DNA of 64,000 bases from Neoechinorhynchus agilis (taxonomy: Eukaryota; Animalia; Acanthocephala), in assembly GCA_051530055.1 (NCBI GenBank), contig CM121342.1:2266797-2330796 (forward strand), in the 5' to 3' direction. Shown piece after piece: positions 1-11,129 of this stretch. Under the pieces are notes generated by a model. That model made no database searches. It worked only from the letters and a program-made list of their open reading frames with translations, and had not been told where the DNA came from. Numbering within the stretch: the stretch's first letter is position 1; each line of letters starts with the position of its first letter. Made by a program: the position numbers and the translations under genes.

Positions 1-1450
1 GCCGTCTGATTTCGGAACCACGTGTAACGGAGGCGCCCACTGGCTGCTTGATCGTCGAATGATTCCGAGCGATTCCATTCTGGCGAATTCCTCTTGTGCG
101 ATGGCTAGTTTCTCAGGTGTAAGGCGTCGCGCGCGTGCGTGGATAGGAGCACAATTCGTTTGAATGTGGTGCCGCACACCATGCTTCACCTCAGTACCCG
201 AGAAATCGTGAGTACTGATGCCCGGGAATGCACTCAACATCTTTGCGTAAATCGAAATTTTTGGACTTGTCATATCCACTTGAGCTACTTCGGTTTATTT
301 TCGTGATGAGGGAATACCTTCTCCCCTGTGGTTTAATGGGTCTACCAACTTTTTTCCACGGACGTCGACTAGCAGTCCGCTGTGTCGAAGGAAATCAGCC
401 CCCAGCAACGGTTGCCGTACAGCTGCGATCAGAAACTTCCACTTAATGGTCCATTTACCAAAACGAAGCACCACCATCCGGCTTCCGAATGTTTTGATTG
501 AGGAGCCGTTAGCCGCGGTAAGTGTTCGGCATTGTGCACTAACTGACTTATCAGCTATCGACGCCGGCATAACACTCACCTCGGCACCGGTGTCCACTAG
601 AAATCGTCGACCTGTCCCACTGTCGTGAACATAGAATAACGTGTTTATTTCCTTAGCAGTTTTTTAAACGCGTCTTGTGCCATCGAACTAGGTGGTCGGC
701 AACGCTTGGCGCGGTTGCCGTACCGTTGGTGATAGAAGCAAATATCCGTTTGCTTCTTTTTGGTTTGTTCGACAGGGAATACGAAATCGGTGTTTTGTTT
801 AATCGATCCCGCGGTGGACCGCTTTGCCCTGAACAATTCGTCTGCTGCTTGTGCAAGTTTACGGGGATCCGTAATCTTGGAGTGAACAAGTACCGAGCGC
901 ATATCCTCAGGTAGCCGCTCCATGAACACCTGCATGAACAAGAAGCAGGGGGTGTTTCCCGAGGTATCCTAACATCTTGTCAATGAGTTCTGATGGTTGA
1001 GCGTCCCCTAGTTCCTCCATGTGTAGAATCCGGCTGGCACGCTCGTATTCCGACAAGGAAAATGTATCGAGTAAGCGGTCTTTGAGTGCGTCGTACTTCT
1101 TTTGCTGCGGCGGAGTCTCCAGGAGATCTATTACTCGTCCGGCAGTATTTTGATCCAGAGCTGCGAGGACGTAATAGAATTTGGTGTCGTCTGACGTAAT
1201 GCTCCTCAGTGCAAATTGAGCCTCAGCTTGTACGAACCACACTCCGGATTGTTCGATCCAAAAAGGTGGCAATTTCATGCTTACCGCTTGAATCTATGCC
1301 TGACTGTCCATATCTTGTTGCTTCGCTAACAAGCGTCGGGGTCACCAATGTAGTTCAACTCAAAAACCAACGCGCTCTGTTTTCTAGTTGTACTCCATGC
1401 ACCATGCGTGCATATCAATTGGTGGACCTCTGACGTACTCGCCACAATCT
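1..1450 (-). mobile_element. Degenerate Ty3/Gypsy LTR retrotransposon (5' part: LTR, PBS, frameshifted gag, protease, start of RT); runs off the window start
   Basis: ORFs 907-1278 and 645-941 (KLPPFW..WFVQAEAQF gag; ICFYHQRYG..A..C knuckle), 295-597 (DTGAEVS protease, GADFL), and 1-90 on minus reads EEFARMESLGIIRRSSSQWAPPLHVVPKSDG (RT start). LTR 3' end CTACA at 1349-1353 next to the PBS. LTR 5' boundary uncertain. Confidence 0.85.
1334..1347 (-). promoter_or_regulatory. Primer-binding site complementary to tRNA-Trp 3' end
   Basis: Minus strand TGGTGACCCCGACG immediately after the LTR end; matches the known eukaryotic tRNA-Trp 3' end (..CGTCGGGGTCACCA). Confidence 0.7.
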
Positions 1451-1589
1451 TATATTTCGGCACAATCCCGTGCATGTTCAGTTTGAAGTCCGCCTTATCC
1501 CCTTCAACTGTTTCAACCTGGCGAATTAAAATGAACTCCATTATAACGCGATTTACTTTGTGCTAAAATGGTTGCATTGTCGATGTCCA

Positions 1590-2465
1590 TGACGTGGTCT
1601 TGTTGCTAAAAATTGTTAAGTATCGCTGAACTGGCATTGGTGCCTCTCCTCATGGCATACTTTAGTTCTTTAATTCTCCTTTGTAAATTGTTTGTATGGC
1701 TTACTTGAGATTTACTGCATTCACTGAAAGGAATTGCTTTCATGTTCATCTCGTTGTGGACGGTAGCAATCACGTTAGTTTTTGTTACCACGATTTGGTT
1801 CACGGATGCCCCTTCGTTTCGACTCTTGGCTCACTGTTTTCCCTCCATAGATGGTCCTGCAACTATCTTTTTCATCATATAGATTGGTTAGCCTTTCCTT
1901 TGAGCATATTCCTTAGAAACTCAAACTCATTATTGAGGGATTCTTGGCTGGAGCATCAGTTGTAGGCACGATCAAACAATGACTTAATCCTGGCCATTTT
2001 ACACTTAATTAGTGCCATCGTGATGAAGGTAAGGACAGTGTATGTCGGTATACCAATCTTCCTGTATACAGTGGGCTCAAATTGTGCTCCTTGTCGAGTT
2101 ATCAAAACGTCCAAAAAGGGGATTGCATTGTCATTCGCCGACTGGACGGTCTATTGAATGTTGCAGTGTTTTTAATTTAACATGCGGCCGAACATTTCCG
2201 TTTTTGTGGATTTGTCGATTAAGATAAAAGTATCATCTACGTATCTCTGCCAGAATTTGACCCACCGTAGGCTGGAAACATACTTTGCTTCCCAATTGCG
2301 AATGAACAATTAGGCGAGAACTGGGGCAAAAGGACTCCCCATGGACAGTCCATAAGCTTCATCATAGCTCTTACCTTCGAAATTGAAATTCGTGTTCCTC
2401 GTGCACATGTATAAGAGTTCCTTACATTAACGTTGAATAATAATTCGTTTTTGTCATCGTGCATA
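1590..2465 (-). mobile_element. Penelope-like element remnant (RT C-terminal half + GIY-YIG endonuclease), frameshifted
   Basis: Minus-strand translations MCTRNTNFNFEGKSYDEAYGLSMGSPFAPVLA, FLDVLITRQGAQFEPTVYRK, KMARIKSLFDRAYN.CSSQESLNNEF, and IPFSECSK..LQRRIKELKYAMRRG..SSAI are PLE RT and GIY-YIG motifs. Confidence 0.75.
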
Positions 2466-2599
2466 AATTACCGTTTGTGTAAGGTTAAAAATTATGTACC
2501 CAATTAAAATACTGATCAAAACCATGCAGTTAATTGCTGATGCCCGAAAACTTTAGAAATCCAATAAATTATCTCTCTGCCATGGCAAAAACAAACAAA

Positions 2600-3260
2600 A
2601 TTCGACCTAAGATTGACTATTAAAGTGGATTTTAGAAATCCTATTCTTTACAATTTATCTATCTTTAACCTTTTCCAAAGAGCGATCTATTTATAGACAA
2701 AAGTATTCTTGCTTATCTCAGAACGATTTTCCAAAAAGCTGCCAATGAAACCTACAATCATCTTGCATTTTTAAAGAAGTTCGAAGGAGCAGATTAGAGC
2801 GCACCTCTTGTGAAATGTATTAAGTTTTGGGAAAGGTTCGAAGTAAAATTGCAGAAGGTTGGGTAGCGTCGGTGGGTGTTGGTAGGATGGTGGGCATATA
2901 GAAGAAGTACTTAAAGTGATTGGATGATAATGCAAGGAATCGGAGGCGTTTAAGAAAATAGAGCTTAACAGAAGCTTCGGGCCGCGTAATTGATATTTGC
3001 TTGTCCCACTTTAGATTTTTCTAAAAATAGATACCAAGGATACGAACAGAGGAAACACAGTTGATAGAAAAATCAAGAGATTGAGGGAACGATTTAAAAG
3101 CACTTGGTTAAGGGTAAGACATTTAGAGGAACAAAATGTTTGAACATGAGAAATCTCGTTAGAAGTAATTGGGAGTGAGAGGGGAGCCGGTGCATGCGTA
3201 ATGATTGTTAGATTATCAGCATACAAGAAGTATTTAGAATAAGAGGACGGAATAAGATAC
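2600..3260 (-). mobile_element. CR1/L2-group non-LTR retrotransposon RT C-terminal remnant
   Basis: FLYADNLTI (YADD-like), SHVQTFCSSKCLTLN, KWDKQISITRPEASVKLYFLKRLR on minus strand; disrupted. Confidence 0.6.
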
Positions 3261-3522
3261 GGCTCGCTTTCTACTCTCAATTGCTTAAGATTTGTGCGAA
3301 CCTTAGTTAAGTGCCCTGCATAATCGACCATTTCGTTTTGTGGTGATTTGTGCGCACGAGAGTGAAATGTCACTGGTTTTTTTGGCATAAATTCTAATAT
3401 CCGTCATCGATACGTACGAAAATCAATTTTATTCTATTGTCCAGCCCGCTTCTAATATCGTCGCTGTACTTTTCCTATAGTTTTTGATGAGTTTGTGTGG
3501 TGATATTGATTATTCACTAAAA

Positions 3523-3600
3523 TGTGCCACTATTAATTTTTCCATTCGCACATAGTGGTGCATTAATGTTTGGTACACTGCGTTTTTGTGTGAATAAAAA
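3523..3600 (+). repeat. 5' LTR of Gypsy element
   Basis: Matches 6239-6293 except for a ~23-bp indel; 3' boundary approximate. Confidence 0.7.
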
Positions 3601-6238
3601 GCTTCTATATTGGTCACAAAAATTTTATTCACACAAAGAGAAAACCGGACATATCATGGATTCGAAGCATTCCGACGTTCAATTGATCTCAGGAAAATTC
3701 TTCAAACCGGAGCTGCTTATTCTGACACCTGATAACCCTGATGCCGAATAATGTTGGAATCACTGGCGGTACAAATTCGAATTATTTCTGAAGTGGTCAA
3801 ACATGTTTAGTGTGGAAGACAAGTTGGATCTCGTAAGAATATCAGTTTCTGCGCAGTTGTTCGACACCATACATTCGTGTTCATCCTACGGTGAAGTGAT
3901 GGAAATGCTTTCCAAGATGTTTCTGAAGCCCAAAAATGAGATTTTCTGCAGATACAAGGTGTATTCAGCGAAACAGGAAAATGGGCAGTCCGTGGCACAG
4001 TACATCGAGAATTTGGAAAACCTAGCCAGGAGATGCTCTTTTGCGAAACCTAACTGCCAGCCAAGCCAAGGATAGTCTCTTATGTGACGCCTTTATTTCT
4101 GGAGTTCGTTCTGACGTAATTCGTCAGCGAATCCTAGAAACGTTGTCAATGGATAAGGCTAAAGCGTTCGATACGGCCCTCACACTAGAAGCCTCTCATG
4201 AACAGGTCAATGACTACGTCGTCCAGAATAATGATGTGGTTGTGAACGTGGCAAAAATTGAAAAGGAGATCGAGTCTCACTTCTCTGATCCAAGGATCGA
4301 AACACTGTCGGTGTTGCACCACTCACGCAATAGCTCTCGTTTTTGTGGGGGAAGATTCACTCAAGAGAGAGATGTCCAGCTCGTAGCGTACAGTGCCATT
4401 TTTGCCATAAGTTGGGGCATTTCCAATCTGTTTGTGAGACTAAAAGAAGAAGCAAACTGCTCACTTCGAGCTGATATAATAAAAGGCTGACAGGCTCTGC
4501 GATACTTTCAAGTCTTCTGACTGAATCTAAAAGCCCTCTCAACGATTCCATTGTAAGAGCTAACATCCTGGGCATTGAGATCGAAGCACTACTTGGTAGT
4601 GGAAGTTCGAGTAATTTTATCAGCGCTGAACTTATTAACACTTTGAATGTGAAAACTGAGCACTGTCCTGTCAAAGTTGTTATGGCTAACGTCGACCACT
4701 CCACTGGAAGCAGTTCGCGGTGTTTCCTAGACATCAAGTTATTTGATAGGGACTATTGGAAGATCGAGTTCCACGTCTTGTCGAAGATTTGTTGTCCTGT
4801 AATTCTAGGGATACCTTTCCTGCGACTTGATTCAATGGTTTCTTTCAAACCAAATGAGATGGCAAGAAAGATCGAATTTGTCAATCAGCTCGATTGCATC
4901 GATTGTGAAACTCCTTCGCTTTTTTCTAACGATTCGACATCCTGGAACCCATTGACCACCCACTCGAGGAGACATCCGCAGCGGATTCGTAGCTTAATCA
5001 ACAAAGAAGTAAAGCGCATGCTAGACGAATAAATAATCGAACAAAGTCGGTATCCTTGGAGAGCAGCGTTTGGTGGTTGATTATTCGAGGACTGTTAATA
5101 GATACACTACCTTGGATGCCTATCCTCTGCCCCGAATAGATGAGATGATCGACATTATATCCAGTTACAAATCTTCAGTCACGTCGACATGAAGTCCACA
5201 TATCATCAGCTACGTTTAAAGGAAGAGGAGGAAGTCTTTACAGCTTTCGAAGCGAATGGACGACTTTACCAGTTTCGAAGAATCCCACTTGGTTTGGCAA
5301 AAGCAGTTGCTGTGTTCCAGAGGATTGTTGATGGCATTATTGAGAAGGAACAGCTGGATGGCACGTTTGATTATCTTGATGATGTTATCATTTTTGGCAG
5401 CGATCAAGCCGACCATGATAAAAAGCTCGCGAAATTTCAAGAGGTTGCTCGAAAATTAAGGATACGGTTAAACCCGTGTAAGAGCTTGTTTAATGTGCGG
5501 AAAATAAGGATTCTCGGTTATGAGGTTTGTAATGGAAAGAAACATCCAGATCCTGAGTGGTGGCTTTGGAAAAGCTCAGATTACCTGATTCGGAGAAGTC
5601 GTTGCGACGAGTTTGGGGATTGTTTGCTCACTGTGCAAAATGGGTGAAAAAAATTTCCACTCTTGTACGTCCTCTTGGACAGGTCGAGCGGTTCAACGGG
5701 ATAATCTGGAAAACGATTCGACTTGCACGGAAGGATAGATCGCTCGACATTTGCTATTGGGAAACAGTGCTCAGTGATGTACTCCAAGCAATTTGCTGCT
5801 TAGTGAGCACTGCCACTGGGGGGGGGTACGCCTCACGATAGGATATTTCGATATCAGAGAAAGCCGTTAATTAAATACCAAATGCCAGATCGGTTGTCGC
5901 CTGGAATTATCTAGGTTCGCAATTTCAATCTAACCAGCAAGAACGAGGATGCAGTCGAAGAGGCTTTATTAAAGACAGTCAATCCGCACGATGCCATGAT
6001 CGACTTGAAAGACTGAACTCAAAAGATCGTTTCCATTAAAGATTTGACCCGCCTCCCCATAAACAATGAGGAAGAGAGTGAAGTTCAGATCAACGATTGA
6101 AGCTAGTCTCAGGAGGGCGCTGAGATAGATTGTGAGAATGAAAACACCGCTGCGAACGAGGAAGTTACTGAAATTCTCCCGCGTCGAAGTTCTAGGATAA
6201 AGAAGAAGCCGGCGTATCTGAACGATTATGAGGAGGGA

Positions 6239-6293
6239 TGTGCCACTATTGATTTTTCCAGCTTGGAGCACTACGTTTTTGTGTGAATAAAAA
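6239..6293 (+). repeat. 3' LTR of Gypsy element
   Basis: Follows polypurine tract; matches 3523-3600; 3' boundary approximate. Confidence 0.7.
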
Positions 6294-6639
6294 CCCACGG
6301 AATTACCAGGGAGGCCGACAAGACGTTTACTACAATCGCGACAGGGAACATAGCCGAAATAGAAACTTCAGTAAACCACGGAGCTTTTACAATAGAAGAT
6401 AATGTTGAAAAGCCGGCGATTATGGTCTTATTACAAAAAACGTTATAAATGCTTAATTTGTGCTTTTGTTTTAAAAATAGTTTTAAAGTTTTACTTATAA
6501 TTCTATTGAAAGTGAAGCGGGCATTGGAACCGTGTCTCGATTTTCATTAAAATTCGGTAATTAAAAGCAGACATCTAGGCATCTCTTTACTTTGAACCAA
6601 GCTTATTTATGGAGCTAATATTAATATTTACGTTTAAGA

Positions 6640-7225
6640 TAATGAAAGCCGAGAGGAAATGGACTTCATTTGTACGAAATTCATTACTTAAAGCTCGCGG
6701 GTATTCTCAAGAGGAAAAAAAACAAGAGACCAAATCAGGGATCTACAAAATTCCATGTGCAAAATGCTCAAGTGTTTACATTAGACAAACTATGCAAGGG
6801 ATCAAGAAACGGATCTCGCAGCATAAACAGGCTTGAAGGACTTTCGACAAATCCTCAACAATCTCGAACCATCAGCAAACAATCCAACACAAGGTGGATT
6901 TTGAAAAGGCGGCATTCTTATCCAGTAAACCGGATCCAAGAAGAAGACTGATCATTGAGGCCAATTACATCCGGGGAAATCCAACGATAGAAGGCAACAA
7001 ATCAAACCACACTCTGGTGCTATCGAAGTTGCGTAGCATGACGAACAGATTAGTCGGTAACAAACCGCAGGAGGTGTGTGCGACCCCACACTTCGGGTAT
7101 TAACAAAACCGCGGATCTGAGCTACATCCAGACGTGACCGGACGTGTGCATGCTGTCTATATCGTCTCCTTTTTAGATAGTGACTGAAGAGGCAAGGAAA
7201 ACCTTGTGAAATATTTCGCAATTAA
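6640..7225 (+). mobile_element. Penelope-like element 3' fragment (GIY-YIG endonuclease + pseudo-LTR)
   Basis: SGIYKIPCAKCSSVYIRQTMQGIKKRISQHKQA and DFEKAAFLSSKPDPRRRLIIEANYI are GIY-YIG motifs; ends in a hammerhead motif as is typical of PLE pLTRs. Confidence 0.7.
7176..7223 (+). ncRNA. Minimal type-I hammerhead ribozyme
   Basis: GATAGTGA-CTGAAGA-G-GCAAGG(AAAA)CCTTGT-GAAA-TA-TT-TCGCAATT: intact core, 6-bp stem II, palindromic stem III, stem I 4+3 bp. Confidence 0.65.
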
Positions 7226-7232
7226 TAAATGA

Positions 7233-7620
7233 GTGTCGATAAAACCGGGGACAGGATTCGCCAACGTACAATTTAGGAATCCCTTCACCCGATCTCTACA
7301 AATTTTACTTCTGCTCTATTTTACCTTCCCTCACCTACGGTTATCCAGTATTTTGAAAACCTTTCCAAATCTCAAACCCGTCGTTTTGAAGCATCTAAAA
7401 TTTGCACAGCTGACTTTCCCCCTCTCACCGAATGCCTTGATGCTATTTTCATCTTACCACCACAATTTCTACCACACATCGCCCCTTTTCAAACGAGCGC
7501 AACACTCGTAATCCTAATTCGTTTCATCTCCCTATACCTCGCATCTCCCTATACCTACGTTCCTTTTTCCATGCTGCTCAATCTTCTCGGATATTATAAC
7601 TTTAAATGATTCTGAGGAAA
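7233..7620 (+). mobile_element. CR1/L2-group LINE 3' remnant (same family as 17040-17590 and 32681-33070)
   Basis: Shared sequence AAGCATCTAAAATTTGCACAGCTGACTTTCCCCTCTCACCGAATGCC.. ACGAGCGCAACACTCGTAATCCTAATTCG with the other copies. Confidence 0.55.
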
Positions 7621-7810
7621 TACCAACTTTTTTTTTAATTTTTTAAGTTTTACTGACAAGCCGGTTTTGTTTTCATCATTAAATTTATAGTTTGTCCCTT
7701 CTTTTCCGGCTTATTTTTTAGGCATAAAGCCAAACCAATTGCATCAGAGAAGTGATATAACCACATAGTCACCCTGAGTCGAAAACTGGCAGAGTTTGTA
7801 GATTCCGTAG

Positions 7811-7895
7811 CTGTGTCGAGGTGGTCAAGTGGACTAATGCCCGTGATCCCAGTTAAGGGTCAACTGGTTCGAATCCGTTACCGCCAATGACGCAC
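7811..7895 (+). mobile_element. tRNA-derived SINE head
   Basis: Pol III A box TGGTCAAGTGG (7822-7832), B box GGTTCGAATCC (7866-7876); cloverleaf degenerate; second copy at 30046-30131 (-). Confidence 0.6.
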
Positions 7896-9095
7896 AAGCA
7901 AAGGGGACGAAATATCGGCCGAACATAGATACTTAATAAAAATACAGGCTGGGTAGTCTCCAAAAAAATACTTAAGAATATTGGGTCAGTAGTCACACTG
8001 TTCAATGGCGTTTCAACGCGACGTTTTTAGTCATAACTAAATGCTTCCCGAATTTCAAGGGGATTCCTTATTAGAATGTACAAATGGAAAATGATCTTTT
8101 GGTTAGTGACAATCCAGCTTTGGTGCGAGATTGTGCTTCCGAAATATCGGATTTTATAATATCATTTAATTTTCCGCCTTGAACATGCATTAATAATGCA
8201 ATCTTAAAACATACGCTGGTTCTGTTCCAGCCTCTCTCGACTAGATTACGACGTATTAGAAGTCTGTTGTGGTTGGTTACAATGCGTAGGTTCTTCCAAG
8301 ATTCTGGCTGAGTTATTTTATTCGAGCTTAAAAGAAAAAGATGTAAGGGGTTTTCAGCTCTCTCTTGGACTCCCCTCTTCAGAGACCACTGGGTATGTTG
8401 ACCGCTCACCCTTCAGGACCATCGACACGGGTTGTTCCCATCCTGCAACTGCTGTAGACTAGAGCATTCAGAGAGAACCAGAGAGACCAGCGTTAGTCTC
8501 CAGCTTATCGTACCACAGATCTTATTAAGCTCTCGATAAAACCCGTTTTACCGATAAGTCCCGCGAAAGGGAAAATGGTATGGAACACTTAATATTTTTA
8601 GGTGATCATCCATTTTCTCTAATAGCCAAAATCAAACAAGTCAATCTCGATAAGGATCGGAAAGTCAGTCCTTGTTAAGATTACGATGCCTGGAAAACTC
8701 CCATCCATTTTTCGCCGTTATTCGCTTTTAGAATGTAGATTCTATTTGTATGGCAATGTTAGCTATCATGTGAATGTATTAGCAACAATCGGTTGTTGGT
8801 TTTTATTAATATTCTAAACTGATGCCACTTTAAGAACGAATCAAAGTAAACATTGTGAACCGCTTCACTTATTGTCTTATGCACGGCCAAACCCAATGGC
8901 TCTAATAAGATTATACATTTAACCCCTTTGATCTAATCAAGTGAATAATGTACAAGTTCTATGTTCAGGTATGACCATTAAAAACTATAAATTTTGAACA
9001 TTTTGGGTTTCCACCGAATAACGCTTTTACGAAGCTAACTACTTTTAGGGTGATTTTAGTGACTTGTTTAAAGTTAGTCGAAATGTTTTCTTCGG

Positions 9096-9612
9096 GCAAT
9101 CAAATTAGAATTTTGGTGTGAGCATATTCCCCCTCGGGCATAAGATATTTATTTGAAATATTTCACGAGCATACCTCATCTTTGCTTGTTTATGGCGTAA
9201 AAATTAAAAGAATTTTGGTTAAATCTGATTGTTTTCGGAGGCACAATATTGTGACATTATAAAAAGGTTGCTTGTAAGTTTTTGAGTCACATATTTGAAA
9301 AAAGTTACAATAGACCTTGATAAATGCGTACAGCCATCGGGGAAACCTGATGCCGGTCCCAAGTCCGGATAAATGGGGAGGGTTGGCAGCAGGAAGGGCA
9401 TCCGGCTGTAAAATATTTTGCTTCAATAAAACCAAAAAAATAGATGATAAATGCGTACAAGATTGTGCCTCCAAAAACAATTGGATTTAACTAAAATTCT
9501 TTTAATTTTTACGTGAAAAACAAGCATGAATGGTTCAGTCTTCAATCAACTTCATATTTCGTGCTCTGGAGTATGCTCACACCAAAATTCTAACATAATG
9601 TTTATTGATTGC
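9096..9612. mobile_element. MITE-like foldback element with nested inverted repeats
   Basis: TTAGAATTTTGGTGTGAGCATATTCC (~9105-9130) pairs with GGAGTATGCTCACACCAAAATTCTAA (~9568-9593); inner arms ~9195-9260 and ~9447-9513. Confidence 0.55.
9333..9444 (+). ncRNA. 112-bp insertion carrying a P1-type twister ribozyme (5' strand missing), A-rich tail, 15-bp TSD
   Basis: GCC-ATCGGG(GAAA)CCTGAT-GCCGGTCCCAAGTCCGGATAAA-TGGG-GAGGG-TTGGC matches the twister consensus segment GCCGGUCCCAAGCCCGGAUAAA-P2'-GAGGG-P1'; TGATAAATGCGTACA duplicated at 9318-9332 and 9445-9459. Confidence 0.7.
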
Positions 9613-9702
9613 TTAGATTCAGTTGTTAACGTTCAGTCGTTTTAGAATTTTAGATTTACTCATAATTTTGCACAATAAATATACTTTAAAATGCATAATT
9701 TC

Positions 9703-10785
9703 TTACTTTCGATGTACGAGCAATCCAGCGTACTTTATGACTTGGGTAAGCAGCTCCTGATTGCTCAATATATACTTTTTGAACCCTTCAGTTTGTGTAA
9801 CGTCTTCAGTATGATACACAATGTATTTTACAGTGTATTGCACCAGTTGCTTAGCGTTTAATTCGTTTGCATGAAAGAGCATTTCAGCCGCATTATCGGG
9901 CCGTACTACTGAAGTGAGTTTCCTTTCTAGAATCGAAACGAGATCATTGAGCTTATAGTGATGGGCAGCACAGAAAATATCAATTAAATCGCCTTCGTAG
10001 GGAACGGATTCAGTGTACAAGTAGTCGAGGATGCTTTTGATGGTTGCAGGTAAAAAACCGGTAGTTTTTACACGTTTAGGAAAGTCCCCAGTAGCATCAC
10101 GTTGCGTAAGCAGTTGTTTCAAAGTTGGACATCGAGCTGCGAGAACTACACGGTGTGCTTTTATAACCTCTTTTTTCTCTTGATCATCTCCGTATACCAC
10201 GATTTCCACATCACTTGCCTCACCCGATTTAAGAATTTTAGCCATGTCGGAAATGAGTTTAGATTCGCAAATTTTCGGAAGTCCTTCAATATCAACGGGA
10301 ACAGTTATGTGCTTGTCCATAATCGATATCCTAGCAAGAATGCTGATTCGATCGTCAAGTTCAAGAGTATTAAATATCAAGTCATGATGAATTTCTGCAC
10401 ATCCGTATGGCCTTTGACTGATTTGGCAATCGTCGTCCGGTGTATATACATTGTAGACTTCCCCAGATGAAATCTCATATTCCGCCCGCCCCTTAGCGTT
10501 ATCCATCACGATGTAGAATCTCACTCGCATTCTGATATTTTCAGTTCCTGATTCGTAGTCTAAGCGGACGTACATCCGATCGGTTAGAAGTCCAAATACT
10601 CCTTTTGGATAGCAATGAATCCTAAGTTTTATTGAGCTCAACGATGAGGTACTAAAAGCCTCAGGAGGTGAAATTATTGGAGTTTTAAGATGGACAACGT
10701 ATTCTGGGTCTTCTACAAATGACCTGAAATTATCAATCACCCACAAATGTGTAAAATTGTTGACGGGCATGTGAGTGCATGACAT
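9703..10785 (-). CDS. SPOP: MATH-BTB (SPOP/roadkill-like) Cullin-3 adaptor, single exon, 360 aa
   Basis: N-terminal MATH (FTHLWVIDNF), BTB (SDVEIVV..IKAHRVVLAARCP..ILDYLYT..AHHYKL), BACK-like C-terminus (ENAAEML-type PDNAAEMLFHANELNAKQL). Divergent; orthology not proven. Confidence 0.88.
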   Translation of the reverse strand: MSCTHMPVNNFTHLWVIDNFRSFVEDPEYVVHLKTPIISPPEAFSTSSLSSIKLRIHCYPKGVFGLLTDRMYVRLDYESGTENIRMRVRFYIVMDNAKGRAEYEISSGEVYNVYTPDDDCQISQRPYGCAEIHHDLIFNTLELDDRISILARISIMDKHITVPVDIEGLPKICESKLISDMAKILKSGEASDVEIVVYGDDQEKKEVIKAHRVVLAARCPTLKQLLTQRDATGDFPKRVKTTGFLPATIKSILDYLYTESVPYEGDLIDIFCAAHHYKLNDLVSILERKLTSVVRPDNAAEMLFHANELNAKQLVQYTVKYIVYHTEDVTQTEGFKKYILSNQELLTQVIKYAGLLVHRK

Positions 10786-11129
10786 GCCATCGATTGTATC
10801 GAACTCCTTGTTGTTACTGGATAAATGATAAGATTATTACTTAAACTTTAAACAAAATCTATCCGATTACCTAACGTTAATCGTTTGTTTATCCATCTCG
10901 GGCGAGTAGTCCTCTGTGCTACATTTTTGCGCTTCCATGTTGTAAAAAGGGACCAAAGGGGCTCCAAGAAATTCGCCTCAATGCCAAAGGCAATATCTTT
11001 TCTTGGGTGTTTTTAGCAAAACCCCACTAGAAGCCACCTCACGGCAGCGTCCAATAACATTCATTAACGTAGCTTGACGCGTATTGGTAAACATTTATGT
11101 AATAAATACCGATTAATACTTGTCAACGA

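Larger units (their letters stand above)
3523..6293 (+). mobile_element. Degenerate Ty3/Gypsy LTR retrotransposon with both LTRs and an internal deletion of RNase H and most of integrase
   Basis: Direct repeats TGTGCCACTATT.ATTTTTCCA..TTTTTGTGTGAATAAAAA at 3523 and 6239; PPT GAGGAGGGA 6230-6238; gag (PELLILTPDNPDAE.CWNHW, LLCDAFISG), protease (LGIEIEALLGSGSSSNFI), RT (YLDDVIIFG), integrase tail (GQVERFNG; RRSSRIKKKPAYLNDY). Confidence 0.85.

Noticed and set aside
7815-7886. Functional tRNA gene
   Set aside because: Acceptor, anticodon and T stems do not pair properly; better explained as a SINE head.
8340-8390. CTGAAGA..GAAA on the minus strand
   Set aside because: Only 2 bp of stem II and no UH; cannot be supported.
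10102-10470. Short antisense ORFs overlapping SPOP-like, NXF1, SLU7, CHPF, Src and TE genes
   Set aside because: Shadow ORFs of genuine coding strands with no independent evidence.
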